DNA of 32,496 nt from a virus (IMGVR_UViG_3300008255_000089:1-32496), one strand, 5' to 3'. Shown: positions 1-10,212, counted from the first letter of the stretch. A program made the numbers and translations. Notes: generated by a model not told the origin, from the letters alone.

Positions 1-123
1 ACCGGCCAAGGAGCCAGCGCCAGAAAAAGAGGCCGGGGATAAGGTTACAATTACTAAAGGAGGCAAATAATGGCCAACGAACATAGCGGCAACAAAACCG
101 CAATAGGGATTGCCATTGAGGGC
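1..123. repeat. Terminal direct repeat copy 1 (assembly overlap of a circular genome)
   Basis: 1-123 is identical to 32374-32496 and cuts through two genes, so it is most likely a circularisation overlap rather than a physical DTR. Confidence 0.95.
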
Positions 124-1050
124 ACGCGGGGTACGGCAGAAGCTTCCCCGGACGTGTGGCTGCCCCGGCTAAGCGGTGTCATTGACGACAAGGATGGGCG
201 CGACTTGGTTTCGAGCGCACAAGGTTCCATCTACAAAAACACCCACAGCAAAATTGTGCAGCGACACAGTGAGGGCAGCTTTGAGGGGCTTATTGAGGAT
301 ATTAACTTTGGTTACATTCTTAATGCCCTGTATGGCGACGCACCAACACCAGACGACACACCAGAAGCAGGCGTAATATACGACCATGCTTTTGTGCCGC
401 TAGACAGCAACTTGCACCAATCACTTACGGTGTTTAAGTACAACCCGGTGCAAACCAAAAAGTTTGGTTATTGCATGATTGAAAACTTGACAATGGAGTT
501 TTTGAAAGACCAAATTATGCGGTTTACCATGGACGTTAAGGGCTTACCCGGCGCAGATGATACGGACACGGTTAGCATTACGGCCAACAACCTGTTTGTG
601 CCAAAGCACTTTACCTTTAAAAAGGCAAGCGCACAGGCTGGGTTGGATGCCGCAGGTGAAACCATTGTTGAGCGCGCAACGTTGACGTTTAACAAGAGCC
701 TGCAAATGACTTGGAATGACGGAATACCGTACCTGATTATCAACGGCGAAATGGACGTTAGCGGCGAAATTACCACGGTGTATAACGCCGAAACTATGCA
801 CGACCTTGTGCATGATGACACCACGCAGGCGTTGCGTTTTCAGTTAACCAACACCGACGTTACTATTGGCACAGCCGGCAACCCACAGCTAACCACCGAC
901 GTGTATGCGGCGGTATTTAGTGATTGGTCAAAAGAGGAACCGCTTGCCGGGTTGGTTAGGGAAACAGTCAAGTTTAACGCATTGCAAAGCGGAGCAAACT
1001 TTGTAAAAAGCACGCTGCGCAACTTGCATGCAACGGCTTACGACGCGTAA
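70..1050 (+). CDS. Major tail (tube) protein
   Basis: 326 aa, beta-rich; strong RBS AAAGGAGG; lies between the putative tail terminator region and the chaperone/tape measure genes. Confidence 0.85.
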   Translation: MANEHSGNKTAIGIAIEGTRGTAEASPDVWLPRLSGVIDDKDGRDLVSSAQGSIYKNTHSKIVQRHSEGSFEGLIEDINFGYILNALYGDAPTPDDTPEAGVIYDHAFVPLDSNLHQSLTVFKYNPVQTKKFGYCMIENLTMEFLKDQIMRFTMDVKGLPGADDTDTVSITANNLFVPKHFTFKKASAQAGLDAAGETIVERATLTFNKSLQMTWNDGIPYLIINGEMDVSGEITTVYNAETMHDLVHDDTTQALRFQLTNTDVTIGTAGNPQLTTDVYAAVFSDWSKEEPLAGLVRETVKFNALQSGANFVKSTLRNLHATAYDA

Positions 1051-1065
1051 AACACAAACCAATGA

Positions 1066-1150
1066 CCACCCCGCGCAACTTTTCCTGCCGAGGTTAGCCT
1101 GCACAACGTTGCGGCAATGTGGCCACGACGGCGGAGCGGTGGCGGGGTGG
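1066..1150 (+). other. Structured intergenic element (multibranch hairpin)
   Basis: Perfect 9-bp closing stem CCACCCCGC (1066-1074)/GCGGGGTGG (1142-1150) enclosing three short hairpins with G-U pairs on the + strand. Confidence 0.55.
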
Positions 1151-1185
1151 CGATATAACGCTTTACCAATTAAGGAGAAAGCCCT

Positions 1186-1695
1186 ATGTCTAGGGAAACA
1201 CAAGCCCCAATTGAGGGGATAGAGCATATTGATTTTGATGATAGCAAAACAGCTGCGGAGCAACCGGGCATGGTGTTTGCCGTCACGCTTAACAAGTGGC
1301 TTACAACACGTGAAAAAATGCAGTGGCGTAACACTGTTATGGGCGAGCTTGACGCTGGAAAAGCAGCAAGGCTTGCTGCTGCCGCTGAAAGCGGGGAGGG
1401 CGACGCTGAGCTTGAGGTAAGCATACCGGTAAGCAAACTTACTGACGCAAACGTGGCAATTGCCAACAGTGTTATTGCAAGCATTGTTGACGGCAACGGC
1501 AAGGTGCCAGCCGAGGTTGCCAGTGGCGCAGTTAGTAAGGTTGATTGGCTACTTGACTACACCCGCAATGGCGAGGATGTGCTGGGCGCAGTTGGCGCAT
1601 TAGGCATGGACACCGCCAGCCCAAACGTACCAAGCGGCTCTACCAAATCAACAAATGGGGTAGGTACCAAGAAGGCGAGCCGCCAGAAGAAATGA
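1186..1695 (+). CDS. Tail assembly chaperone (gpG-like)
   Basis: 169 aa between tail tube and tape measure genes; in-frame slippery heptamer C CCA AAC at 1620-1626. Confidence 0.8.
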   Translation: MSRETQAPIEGIEHIDFDDSKTAAEQPGMVFAVTLNKWLTTREKMQWRNTVMGELDAGKAARLAAAAESGEGDAELEVSIPVSKLTDANVAIANSVIASIVDGNGKVPAEVASGAVSKVDWLLDYTRNGEDVLGAVGALGMDTASPNVPSGSTKSTNGVGTKKASRQKK

Positions 1696-1820
1696 GGGAA
1701 ATTTTGTACTGTTTAGCCTTTCACTTAACCCACGAGCAGTACATGGACGAGCCGGAGTGGCGCATTGATTATTACTTTGCGTACCAAAGCGGCGCAAACA
1801 AACACAAGCCAAAGGATTAA
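1620..1820 (+). CDS. -1 frameshift extension of tail chaperone (gpGT-like)
   Basis: The -1 frame is open from the C CCA AAC site to TAA at 1818-1820 (KRTKRLYQINKWGRYQEGEPPEEMREILYCLAFHLTHEQYMDEPEWRIDYY...). Confidence 0.75.
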   Translation, partial: PKRTKRLYQINKWGRYQEGEPPEEMREILYCLAFHLTHEQYMDEPEWRIDYYFAYQSGANKHKPKD

Positions 1821-1832
1821 TTAGGTGCCAGC

Positions 1833-4607
1833 ATGGCCAACGAAAAAGAACTTGTCATAAAAATTACCAGTAAAGACCTTACTGCTGCGGGCTTTAGCAG
1901 CGCGCAAAAAAAGTTTGGTGCTTTACATGGGGTTGCCGGCAAGGCTTTAACGGCCATTAAGATTGGTGCCGCTGCGGCAGCTGGTGCATTAACAGCAAGT
2001 GCATGGGCTGCTGTTGATTTTGAAAGCGCCTTTGCTGGCGTGCGTAAAACGGTTAATGCCAGCGAAGCGGAGTTTGGCCAGCTTGAGAGCAACATACGCG
2101 ACATTGCCAAAAGCAGCCCGGCCAGCGCAAGCAGCCTTGCGCAAATTGGCGAGATGGCAGGGCAGCTTGGGGTTAGTGGCGTTGACAATTTGACCACTTT
2201 TATTGACACGATTAGCAAAATTAGCGTTACTACCAACCTTACGCAGGAGGAGGCGGCAAGCAGTTTTGCGCAAATTGCCAACGTAATGAGCGAGCCGCTG
2301 GAAAACATTGGCCGCATGGCCAGCACGGTGGTTGAGCTTGGTAACAACTTTGCCACCACCGAGGCGGATATAACCATGTTTGCGCAGCGGTTAAGTGGCG
2401 CTGGTAAAATTGCTGGCTTTACAACCAGTGATATTTTTGGCATTGCCGCAGCCATGTCTAGCGTAGGTATTAACGCTGAGGCTGGCGGTACTGCCGTAAG
2501 CACCGTAATGAAAGGGATAACCAAAGAGGTTATTACAGGAGGCGAAAAGCTTAGGCAGTTTGCCGACGTTGCCGGCATGAGCAGTGGGCAGTTTGCCGAC
2601 CTTTGGCGCAGCGACGCAAGCGCTGGATTTGAGGCGTTTGTTAAGGGGCTTGGAGCGCAAGGGGAGGATGCTATTTTAACGCTTGAGGATTTGGAGCTTA
2701 CGGATAGCCGGTTGCAGGGTGCTTTTTTAAGCCTTGCCGGTGCCGGCGATTTGGTTACGCGTGCCATCGCAAGTGGCACTGCCGGGTTTGAGGAAAACAA
2801 CGCGCTTACCGCAGAGGCGGAAAAACGTTACAAAACCACGGCCAGCCAAATTGCCATTTTGAAAAACAACTTTATGGATATTGCCATAACGGTTGGCAGC
2901 TACCTGTTGCCGCCACTTACGGACATGCTGCAAAAGGTTACCAAGGAAATTGGGCCAGCCTTTCAAAAACTGAGCGCGTGGGTTGGGCAAAATTTGGTGC
3001 CAAAGTTTTTGCAGTTGCGCGATGCTGCGGTGCAGCTTGGCCAGTGGTTTAGTGAAAACATGGTGCCAAGGTTACGGGCGCTTGGGGATGCGGCCATACA
3101 GCTTTGGGAAGATATTGCGCCGTTGCGCGAGTTGCTGGCAATGTTGCTAACCAAGTACATAATCCCACTGGTATTGCAGGGGCTTTTGGTTATGGTAGAT
3201 GCACTTACCAAGGTGATAAAAGGCATAAGCTCGTTTATTGAGTTTTTAGAAAAGGTTGGCGAAAAAATTAACGACATTACGGAAACCATAAGCGAAGCTT
3301 TTGGCGACCTTACTGAGTGGGTGGAGGAGCAGGTTGATGCAATGGTTGCGGCATGGGAAGCGTTTGCCGACAAGGTTGGCGACGTTGCGCGTGATGTTGC
3401 AGACGTTTTTCGTGGCATGGCAGATGCCGCAAAGCGCCATCTTGACAACATAGCACGCTTTTTTGAAGCAACAAAAACCAAAGTAAAAAACACCATAACT
3501 GCCATGGGCAACCTGACGGCAAACGACGTTGCCACTTGGCTTGAGGGGTTGGAGCGCAGGATTTACGATTATGTTAGCGACAGCACAGAGGCATTTATTT
3601 TGTGGGGCGAAAGTGTTGTTGATAGCATAAAAAAAGCAGCCAGCAACGCGCTTAAGGCCGTAGGCCAGTGGTTTACAGATATGTACAAAAAGGTTAGTAG
3701 CGGGCTTGATGATAGTTTTAAGCGTATTGGGAGTTGGGTTACCGATACTGGCAACCGACTTAAAAATGGGTACAACAACTTTTTGATTGGCGTTAGTGAT
3801 TGGATGACCCGTATGGGCAAATTAATAAGCAACGGCTTAAACAGTTTGCCGCAGCGGTTTACTGACTTTGTAAATAGCGCATGGCAGCGCGTAACCAATG
3901 GATTTAACAACATTTTAAACGGCATAAAAAACTGGTTTAATAGCCTTGGCAACAACACCAAGGGCAACACCGACAATGCCGGCAGCCAAGTTGCAAACAA
4001 TGTTACGGCCGCTGCCGAAAACACCATAAAAAGCCCAAGCGCAATAATGCGCATTGCAAGGGCAATGGCGGCAATTTTTATAGCCATACCGGCATTGCTT
4101 GCCGTTGGGTTGGCTGATATTGGGTGGCAAGTTGCCAGCAAAGTAATGGATGCAATTGTTAGCGGGCTGCGTAACCTTGGCTGGCGCATTAAGCAGGGCA
4201 TTGAGGATGCGTTTAACTGGGCGGTAAGCCAGATAAGATTGCCAACCATACAAATGCCAAGCATTGAGTGGCCGTGGCAGGGCAGCAGTGGCGGCAGTGT
4301 GCCAAGCAGCAGTTGGTGGACTGGCGGGGCCATACCAGCGGCAATGGCCGGAGGTGGTTTTGTGAGCCCATATGGACAAAAGCCGGTGCCAATTATTGCC
4401 CACGAAGGGGAGGTGGTGCTTAACCCCAAAATACCAGAACAGCGCGCCATACTTGAGGGTGGCTTTGGCGGAGGTGGTGGAGCAAACATTACCGTAAATT
4501 TTTACAATAATGATTTTACTGGCAGCCGTAGCGCCGAGGAAAAGGGGCAGCAGCTTGTTGATTACCTTAGCCGGCAGCGCGAGTTATGGCAAAGGAGGGC
4601 ACAATAA
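1833..4607 (+). CDS. Tail tape measure protein (TP901-like core)
   Basis: 924 aa, Ala-rich helical; 'FESAFAGVRKTV', 'ELGNNFATTE', 'AEAGGTA' core motifs; periodic W/F repeats; C-terminal 'AHEGEVVL'. Confidence 0.95.
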   Translation: MANEKELVIKITSKDLTAAGFSSAQKKFGALHGVAGKALTAIKIGAAAAAGALTASAWAAVDFESAFAGVRKTVNASEAEFGQLESNIRDIAKSSPASASSLAQIGEMAGQLGVSGVDNLTTFIDTISKISVTTNLTQEEAASSFAQIANVMSEPLENIGRMASTVVELGNNFATTEADITMFAQRLSGAGKIAGFTTSDIFGIAAAMSSVGINAEAGGTAVSTVMKGITKEVITGGEKLRQFADVAGMSSGQFADLWRSDASAGFEAFVKGLGAQGEDAILTLEDLELTDSRLQGAFLSLAGAGDLVTRAIASGTAGFEENNALTAEAEKRYKTTASQIAILKNNFMDIAITVGSYLLPPLTDMLQKVTKEIGPAFQKLSAWVGQNLVPKFLQLRDAAVQLGQWFSENMVPRLRALGDAAIQLWEDIAPLRELLAMLLTKYIIPLVLQGLLVMVDALTKVIKGISSFIEFLEKVGEKINDITETISEAFGDLTEWVEEQVDAMVAAWEAFADKVGDVARDVADVFRGMADAAKRHLDNIARFFEATKTKVKNTITAMGNLTANDVATWLEGLERRIYDYVSDSTEAFILWGESVVDSIKKAASNALKAVGQWFTDMYKKVSSGLDDSFKRIGSWVTDTGNRLKNGYNNFLIGVSDWMTRMGKLISNGLNSLPQRFTDFVNSAWQRVTNGFNNILNGIKNWFNSLGNNTKGNTDNAGSQVANNVTAAAENTIKSPSAIMRIARAMAAIFIAIPALLAVGLADIGWQVASKVMDAIVSGLRNLGWRIKQGIEDAFNWAVSQIRLPTIQMPSIEWPWQGSSGGSVPSSSWWTGGAIPAAMAGGGFVSPYGQKPVPIIAHEGEVVLNPKIPEQRAILEGGFGGGGGANITVNFYNNDFTGSRSAEEKGQQLVDYLSRQRELWQRRAQ

Positions 4608-5845
4608 TGGCTGTTGTTAACGCGACTTTCCAAACCAATGACCTGCAAACGACCAACCGCATAAGCAATGCGGTTATGCACGAAAGCGCACCGCGCCGAA
4701 AGCTAAAAACGCAAAAGCTGGCGAGGGCAAACAAGCAGGTTATTACTGGCGATTCTTACGACGAAAAAACTATAACACTTGAGGGCACGCTGGTTGGTAG
4801 TAGCCAAAGTGATTTTGACGACCAAGTGGACAGCCTTAAGGACGACTTGGAGGCGCGCGAGGGCACGCTTGATATTGACTTTGGGGGCAGCACCCGGCGG
4901 TACACGGCCACGTGTGAGCGGGTGGAAATTGAGGACAGAAAAATTGACGTGGCAAGTTACCGCATTGATTTTTTATGTGTTGACCCATACGGCACCAGCA
5001 CCACGCCGGTTAACCACAGCGACGATGGCAACACAAGCAGCCCGGTGACTGGCAGCGAGGTAAATGATGGTAATGGTATTGCAGAGCCGGTTTGGACGCT
5101 TACGTTTAACGACACTGAGGCGGTTGACCAAGACAACACCAGCAGCAACACCACAACCTTTATTGGTGACCAAGGCGGCACAGATGCGGACGTTGCGCAA
5201 AGCTTTACCCCAACGCAGACGAGGCTTAGCGGCGTTACGGTTGAAAAGGGCACCACTGTTGGCACCCCTGTTGGCAACCTTGTCGTTACTATTGAGGGCG
5301 ATAGCAGTGGGGAGCCGGACGGCGTTGCATTGGCCACAAAAACATACACGCAGGCTGAGTGGGATGCGCTTAGTGATGGTGCGGTTTTTATACCGCTACC
5401 ATGTACCTTGCCAACCGTTGGCACGACACAGTATTGGGTAGTTTTTACCGACGCGACAAACGAAAGCAGCAACAATTATTACGTTATTGGCAATAACAAC
5501 ACGGACACATACGCTGGTGGTAATAGGGCATACGACATTGGCGCTGGGTGGGTTGATGCAGCCACTGATGATTTGTATTTTAGCACCCATTATTACAGTG
5601 TTACGGAGGTGGAGGTTGAAAATACCACAACGCAGCAGGCGCTTACCGTAACGGAAATTATTGCAACGGACGATGTGCTGGCAATAGACGTGGAAAATAA
5701 AAGCGTTACGCTTAATGGCGTTGAGGTTGATTATGGCGGGCAGTTTATGCAGCTCAACCCCGGCACAAACAATTACAGCATTGCGATTACTGGAAGTAAT
5801 TTTGATGTGGATTTGGATATTGATTACAATAAGCGGCAACTATGA
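4607..5845 (+). CDS. Distal tail (Dit) protein with inserted beta-sandwich domain
   Basis: Follows TMP with TAATG overlap and GGAGGG RBS; Dit-like 'ITLEGTL', 'F.CVDPYG', 'LNPGTN' motifs flank a ~160-aa insertion. Confidence 0.8.
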   Translation: MAVVNATFQTNDLQTTNRISNAVMHESAPRRKLKTQKLARANKQVITGDSYDEKTITLEGTLVGSSQSDFDDQVDSLKDDLEAREGTLDIDFGGSTRRYTATCERVEIEDRKIDVASYRIDFLCVDPYGTSTTPVNHSDDGNTSSPVTGSEVNDGNGIAEPVWTLTFNDTEAVDQDNTSSNTTTFIGDQGGTDADVAQSFTPTQTRLSGVTVEKGTTVGTPVGNLVVTIEGDSSGEPDGVALATKTYTQAEWDALSDGAVFIPLPCTLPTVGTTQYWVVFTDATNESSNNYYVIGNNNTDTYAGGNRAYDIGAGWVDAATDDLYFSTHYYSVTEVEVENTTTQQALTVTEIIATDDVLAIDVENKSVTLNGVEVDYGGQFMQLNPGTNNYSIAITGSNFDVDLDIDYNKRQL

Positions 5846-8800
5846 GCAACGTGGCAATACGTGACTTTATTTATAAGCTGTACGATGGGCAGGGCAACTA
5901 CATTAAGACCTTGGCCCCGGATGAGCTTATTAGTGATTTTGGCGTTACCAACCAAATTGATGGTGGCCAAGGCGTATTGCGCGTGCAGCTTAAACGGCCT
6001 TTCGATGATTACAACACCGACGGAATTGCCAATTACAACAACATTTTGCGGGTATATGAAATAAACCCGGATAGGCCAAAAACAAACCTTGTGCGCAACG
6101 GCGATTTTAGCGAGGGGGATGGGGCTGCTATTGGCATAACTGGCTGGTTGGGTGGCGACGAGGCTGGCGGGTGGGTGGTTACGGTTAGTGGTGGCGCGGC
6201 AAGTGGCACAGTTGTTGAGCAGGTACCGGCGGCAGGGGCAAGTGGTAGATGTTTGCACGTGAAAATAAAAAGTAACGGCAGGTACATTGAGGCCAAAAAC
6301 AACACATATGGCAGCTACTACAGCAGGTTGCAGCAGGCAATGAAGCCAAACACGCAGTACAGGCTTACCGGCAGGTACAAAATAGAAAACGCCACCGGCG
6401 ACGCAACCAATGGGCTCATGGTTGCGGTTCTTATGGCAGACACAACGGGGGCCGGACAGCAAGCAGCTTATGGTGTCTCAGTCGCTAAAACGGACACGGA
6501 CGGTTGGGTTGAGATTGACACTACGTTTACGACGGACAGCGACATTGCTTTTGGGCATGCTGAGTGCCGCGTGTATGGGCACAACGGCACCGGCACGTTG
6601 CAGGGAGACTTTTATTTTGACAACATACGGCTTGAGGAAGTTACGCAGCCGGTGCAGGAGCGGTTGGTTTACACTGGGTACTTGGTAAGCCAAGACCCGC
6701 AACTGGACAGCGACGAGGAATTTGTGGAGCTTACTTTTTTGGGGGCCGTAAGCAAACTAAGCAATGATCTTTGGCGCAGTGGCACAGATAGCGTTATTGA
6801 TGATTACGCAACCACGCTTACCGACCCTGCCGAGATTGTGCGGGCCTGCATAGACAATTACAAAGCCAGTGTTACAAACAGCCTTGTTGACTACAAAAAC
6901 AACAAGTGCTTGGCCCTTGATGGCAGCACGGCCTATGCTGACGCTGGCAGTGACGCAAGCATTAACATAACAAAAAGCTTTACCGCGGCGGGCTGGGTAC
7001 GCTTTGACACAAAGACACCGGCCACTACCGACAGCGGCATAATTGGTAAGTACGCTGGCGGTGGCGCGGGCTCGCGCAGCTGGCTGGTAACCTACCGCGT
7101 AAGCGGCACGCAATACGGTATTGCTGTTTACCTTATCGACAAGGACAACACGCTTTACGACGAAGTGCTTACTACGTGGGTACCGGCAACTGGCAGCTGG
7201 CACCATATTGCCGTTGCTTTTGACGCAAGTGCGCAAACGCTGCGCATTTATACTGACGGCATTTTAAGGCTTGAGGCCACAAGTGGTTTACCAGACAACC
7301 TTTACGGCGCAAGCGGCGTGCCGGTAACTTTTGGCACATACAGTGGCAGCAACTTTTTTGAGGGGGCGCTTAGCCAGTGGCGCTTGTGGGCAAGGGCGCT
7401 TAGCGTTAATGAGGTTCTTGACGATTACCAAGGAACGCCAAGCCAAACTGCGCTTGTTGGCCGCTGGGAGTTTGATAGCCTTGTTGCAGGCGTTACCCCG
7501 GACGAAACGGACAATGCAAATGACGCAACGGTTACGGGTGGTGTTTTGGAGGATGACAACCCAACGGCAACCACTATTAGCGACGTTGGCGAAACCATAC
7601 GGCTTACCATGACAGACCTTTTGCACGTTGAGGCGGTGGAGCGCATACGGGAGTTTTTGCCACACAATTATTACACTTACGTGGACGCAAGCGGGCTGGT
7701 TAATGTTAAGCAGCGCAGCAGCGCAGCCGACCACACGTTTACCATTGGCAAAAACATATTGGCCATAAGCACTCATAAAACTATTGAGGGTTTGGAAAAT
7801 TTTGTGCTTCTTTGGAATGGCAAGGCAAGCGACGATGCGGAGTATTTACGAAAGCTGTATTACGACAACGGCAGCATTGACACCTACGAAACGCATGCCA
7901 TTAAGCCGGAAACGGATGCGCGCATTACCCACGAGGGCACACTGGACGCAAAAGGCAACCGCATTATTGAGCTGGGAAAAGACCCAAGTGTGCGCACTAC
8001 GGTTGAGGTGGCTGCCAATTACGATATTTACAGCATACAGCCCGGCGACATTGTGCAGGTGCGTAACCTTAACCCAAATAATAGCACTTACAGCGACGTT
8101 ATGCAGGTGGTGCGGGTTAAGTTTGACGAGGACAAGGCGCTGGTTGATTTGGCCCACATGGCTGCGGACAGGGGCAAGCTGTTTGGCAAAACTGTTACCG
8201 AGCGGGTGCGGGATATTGAGGAGGGTCTTAACAACATTACGGCAGAGCAAATTGTTGATGGCACAATTGACAGTAGCCTTATTGGTGACGCAAGCATTTT
8301 GGGTTGGGGCAGCACCCTTACGTTTAGCGCGACTGATTACAATACGGTTGCTTGGACAAGTGGAGCAATCGTTTTAAGCGACGGTACCGCGTTTGCAATT
8401 GACGCTGGCAATACCGGAAACATGGCTGCGCGTACTTACATTTATCTTGACACAACCGCAAGCCTTACAGTGCTGCAAACAACAACAACACACACGGACG
8501 CGGTGGGGATTGGCAAAATACTTATTGCTACTGCCGAGGACAATGCAGACACGGCAAAAAGCGCTGAGTACCAAGCGTTTGGCGGGCGTGGCGGCTTTGG
8601 CCCCATAATTACCGCTGATATGATTTTGAGTAATGCAATTACGGCAAATGAAATTGCGGCAAACACAATAACCGCAACCGAAATGAACGTGTCCACGCTG
8701 AGCGCAATTACAGCAAACCTTGGCAGCATTACCGCTGGCACAATTACTGGTGTCAATGTTTACGCGGACACTGGCGGTTTTGGTAGCACGTACAGCGAGG

Positions 8801-10212
8801 TTACAGTTGGCAATGATGGTTTAGAAGTAAATAGTGGCGGCTCAATTGACGTGCTGCTTGGTGGTGACATTAACCTTTACGACGATGCCAGCAACCCAAG
8901 CGAAATACGTTTTATCGACACTAGCGCGCCAACAACTTATTGGTCAATGTATAAAGGCACCAGCGGCTCGCAGGCTGGGTTAAACTTTATTGCGCATGGC
9001 GCAGCCGAGCAAAGCACATTTGGCGTTGGCTTGTTGGATGGCACAACTGGCGACGTGCGACCGGGCTGGATTAATATGGAGGTTGGGCTTGCCGGGGCAC
9101 TCTTTAGCACGGGCATACGATTTAGCGCATATGATGACGCGTATAGTGGCAGCACTCTTACTGCTGAGCTTAAGTGGGATAGTGATGTTGGGTTTTGGAA
9201 TTTGCGGCCAAGCTTGGGAATAGGGGTTGACGACAGCATTAGCGGCTACTTGCACCTGTGGGGCAATGCTAGTGGCGCAGAGGGTGGCGAAATGCGCCTA
9301 TATATGAGCGCGGCATATGACACCACATACGACCATTTTAGGTTCGATGTTTACCAAGATTATTTGCGGATTGGGCGCAACGGTACCACTGACATGTACA
9401 TTTACGCGGACGGTGAGACGTGGCTGCGCAACCTTACCGTGCAGGGCAACGCTGACGTTACCGCAGAGCTTGGGCGGGCAAAGGTTGGTTACAATGGCAG
9501 CGAAGCCGACGTTATGTGTGTGGCACATTTTGACCACATGGACAGCAGCAGCTTTGCACTATTTCAAAACGCCAGCGGGGCAACCGTACTAAACGCAAAC
9601 ACTGGGCAGCATTTGTATTTGAGGGTTGGGGATAGTAGCACCGACTTGCGTTATAGTGGTACGGCTTTTTACCCCGGCAAAAATGGTGCTATTAACCTTG
9701 GGAGCACCAGTTTGCGCTGGAATGACATTTATACAAATTACGGCGTTGTGTATGGGCACTTGCGTGCCGACACTGACAAGGGGGCGGATATTGGGCAGTA
9801 CGGCACAGCGTTTAACGACGTTATTGCTGACGATTTTATAAACGTTTCGCACAGCTGGTTTGACGAGGGGGTTACTATTAAAGGTAAGGATGGCAAGCTG
9901 CGCCGTGTTAGCGATCTGGATGCCATAACGAACTTGCGGCCAAGTAAAAAAATAAACCAAAAAACCGGCAGGCCATACATTGATAAAACGAGTTTTCCAA
10001 TCGAAATGCAGCGTTTTCCAAAAGAGGACAACATAAAGGCGCTAAAAAAGGCAGGCCGCAACCCAAAGCTAATGGGCACCAGTGTTACGGCAACCCAAAG
10101 CTGGTTGCTTGGCATGGTTAAAGAGGCTGGCCAGCGCATACGGCAACTTGAGGCACAGGTGGCCGAGTTGGTTGCTGGCCAAAACGTCTTACCAAATGGC
10201 AAGGTTAAGTGA
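5842..10212 (+). CDS. Tail tip/Tal-like protein with CBM-like and LamG-like domains and C-terminal fibre
   Basis: 1456 aa after Dit; 'NLVRNGDFSEG...YFDNIRLEEV' (CBM_4_9-like), 'LALDGS...WHHIAV...RLWARALS..EV' (LamG/concanavalin-like), 'LSAITANLGSITAG' fibre motif, C-terminal coiled coil. Confidence 0.85.
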   Translation: MSNVAIRDFIYKLYDGQGNYIKTLAPDELISDFGVTNQIDGGQGVLRVQLKRPFDDYNTDGIANYNNILRVYEINPDRPKTNLVRNGDFSEGDGAAIGITGWLGGDEAGGWVVTVSGGAASGTVVEQVPAAGASGRCLHVKIKSNGRYIEAKNNTYGSYYSRLQQAMKPNTQYRLTGRYKIENATGDATNGLMVAVLMADTTGAGQQAAYGVSVAKTDTDGWVEIDTTFTTDSDIAFGHAECRVYGHNGTGTLQGDFYFDNIRLEEVTQPVQERLVYTGYLVSQDPQLDSDEEFVELTFLGAVSKLSNDLWRSGTDSVIDDYATTLTDPAEIVRACIDNYKASVTNSLVDYKNNKCLALDGSTAYADAGSDASINITKSFTAAGWVRFDTKTPATTDSGIIGKYAGGGAGSRSWLVTYRVSGTQYGIAVYLIDKDNTLYDEVLTTWVPATGSWHHIAVAFDASAQTLRIYTDGILRLEATSGLPDNLYGASGVPVTFGTYSGSNFFEGALSQWRLWARALSVNEVLDDYQGTPSQTALVGRWEFDSLVAGVTPDETDNANDATVTGGVLEDDNPTATTISDVGETIRLTMTDLLHVEAVERIREFLPHNYYTYVDASGLVNVKQRSSAADHTFTIGKNILAISTHKTIEGLENFVLLWNGKASDDAEYLRKLYYDNGSIDTYETHAIKPETDARITHEGTLDAKGNRIIELGKDPSVRTTVEVAANYDIYSIQPGDIVQVRNLNPNNSTYSDVMQVVRVKFDEDKALVDLAHMAADRGKLFGKTVTERVRDIEEGLNNITAEQIVDGTIDSSLIGDASILGWGSTLTFSATDYNTVAWTSGAIVLSDGTAFAIDAGNTGNMAARTYIYLDTTASLTVLQTTTTHTDAVGIGKILIATAEDNADTAKSAEYQAFGGRGGFGPIITADMILSNAITANEIAANTITATEMNVSTLSAITANLGSITAGTITGVNVYADTGGFGSTYSEVTVGNDGLEVNSGGSIDVLLGGDINLYDDASNPSEIRFIDTSAPTTYWSMYKGTSGSQAGLNFIAHGAAEQSTFGVGLLDGTTGDVRPGWINMEVGLAGALFSTGIRFSAYDDAYSGSTLTAELKWDSDVGFWNLRPSLGIGVDDSISGYLHLWGNASGAEGGEMRLYMSAAYDTTYDHFRFDVYQDYLRIGRNGTTDMYIYADGETWLRNLTVQGNADVTAELGRAKVGYNGSEADVMCVAHFDHMDSSSFALFQNASGATVLNANTGQHLYLRVGDSSTDLRYSGTAFYPGKNGAINLGSTSLRWNDIYTNYGVVYGHLRADTDKGADIGQYGTAFNDVIADDFINVSHSWFDEGVTIKGKDGKLRRVSDLDAITNLRPSKKINQKTGRPYIDKTSFPIEMQRFPKEDNIKALKKAGRNPKLMGTSVTATQSWLLGMVKEAGQRIRQLEAQVAELVAGQNVLPNGKVK

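Noticed and set aside
1-123. Terminal repeat as a physical DTR or att site
   Set aside because: It falls mid-gene in the structural operon and is k-mer sized; an assembler overlap on a circular or permuted genome explains it best
1066-1150. tRNA or HDV-like ribozyme
   Set aside because: No T-loop/D-loop consensus or CCA end; I could not build a convincing nested double pseudoknot
1817-4489. Long minus-strand ORFs opposite the tape measure gene and other genes
   Set aside because: Antisense shadows, favoured by codon bias (TCA avoidance removes minus-strand TGA stops); no RBS or recognisable motifs
9835-10212. Canonical Peptidase_S74 autocleaving chaperone in the tail tip protein
   Set aside because: The terminal coiled coil fits, but the usual 'SD.RLK' cleavage motif is not clearly present, so it is left uncalled
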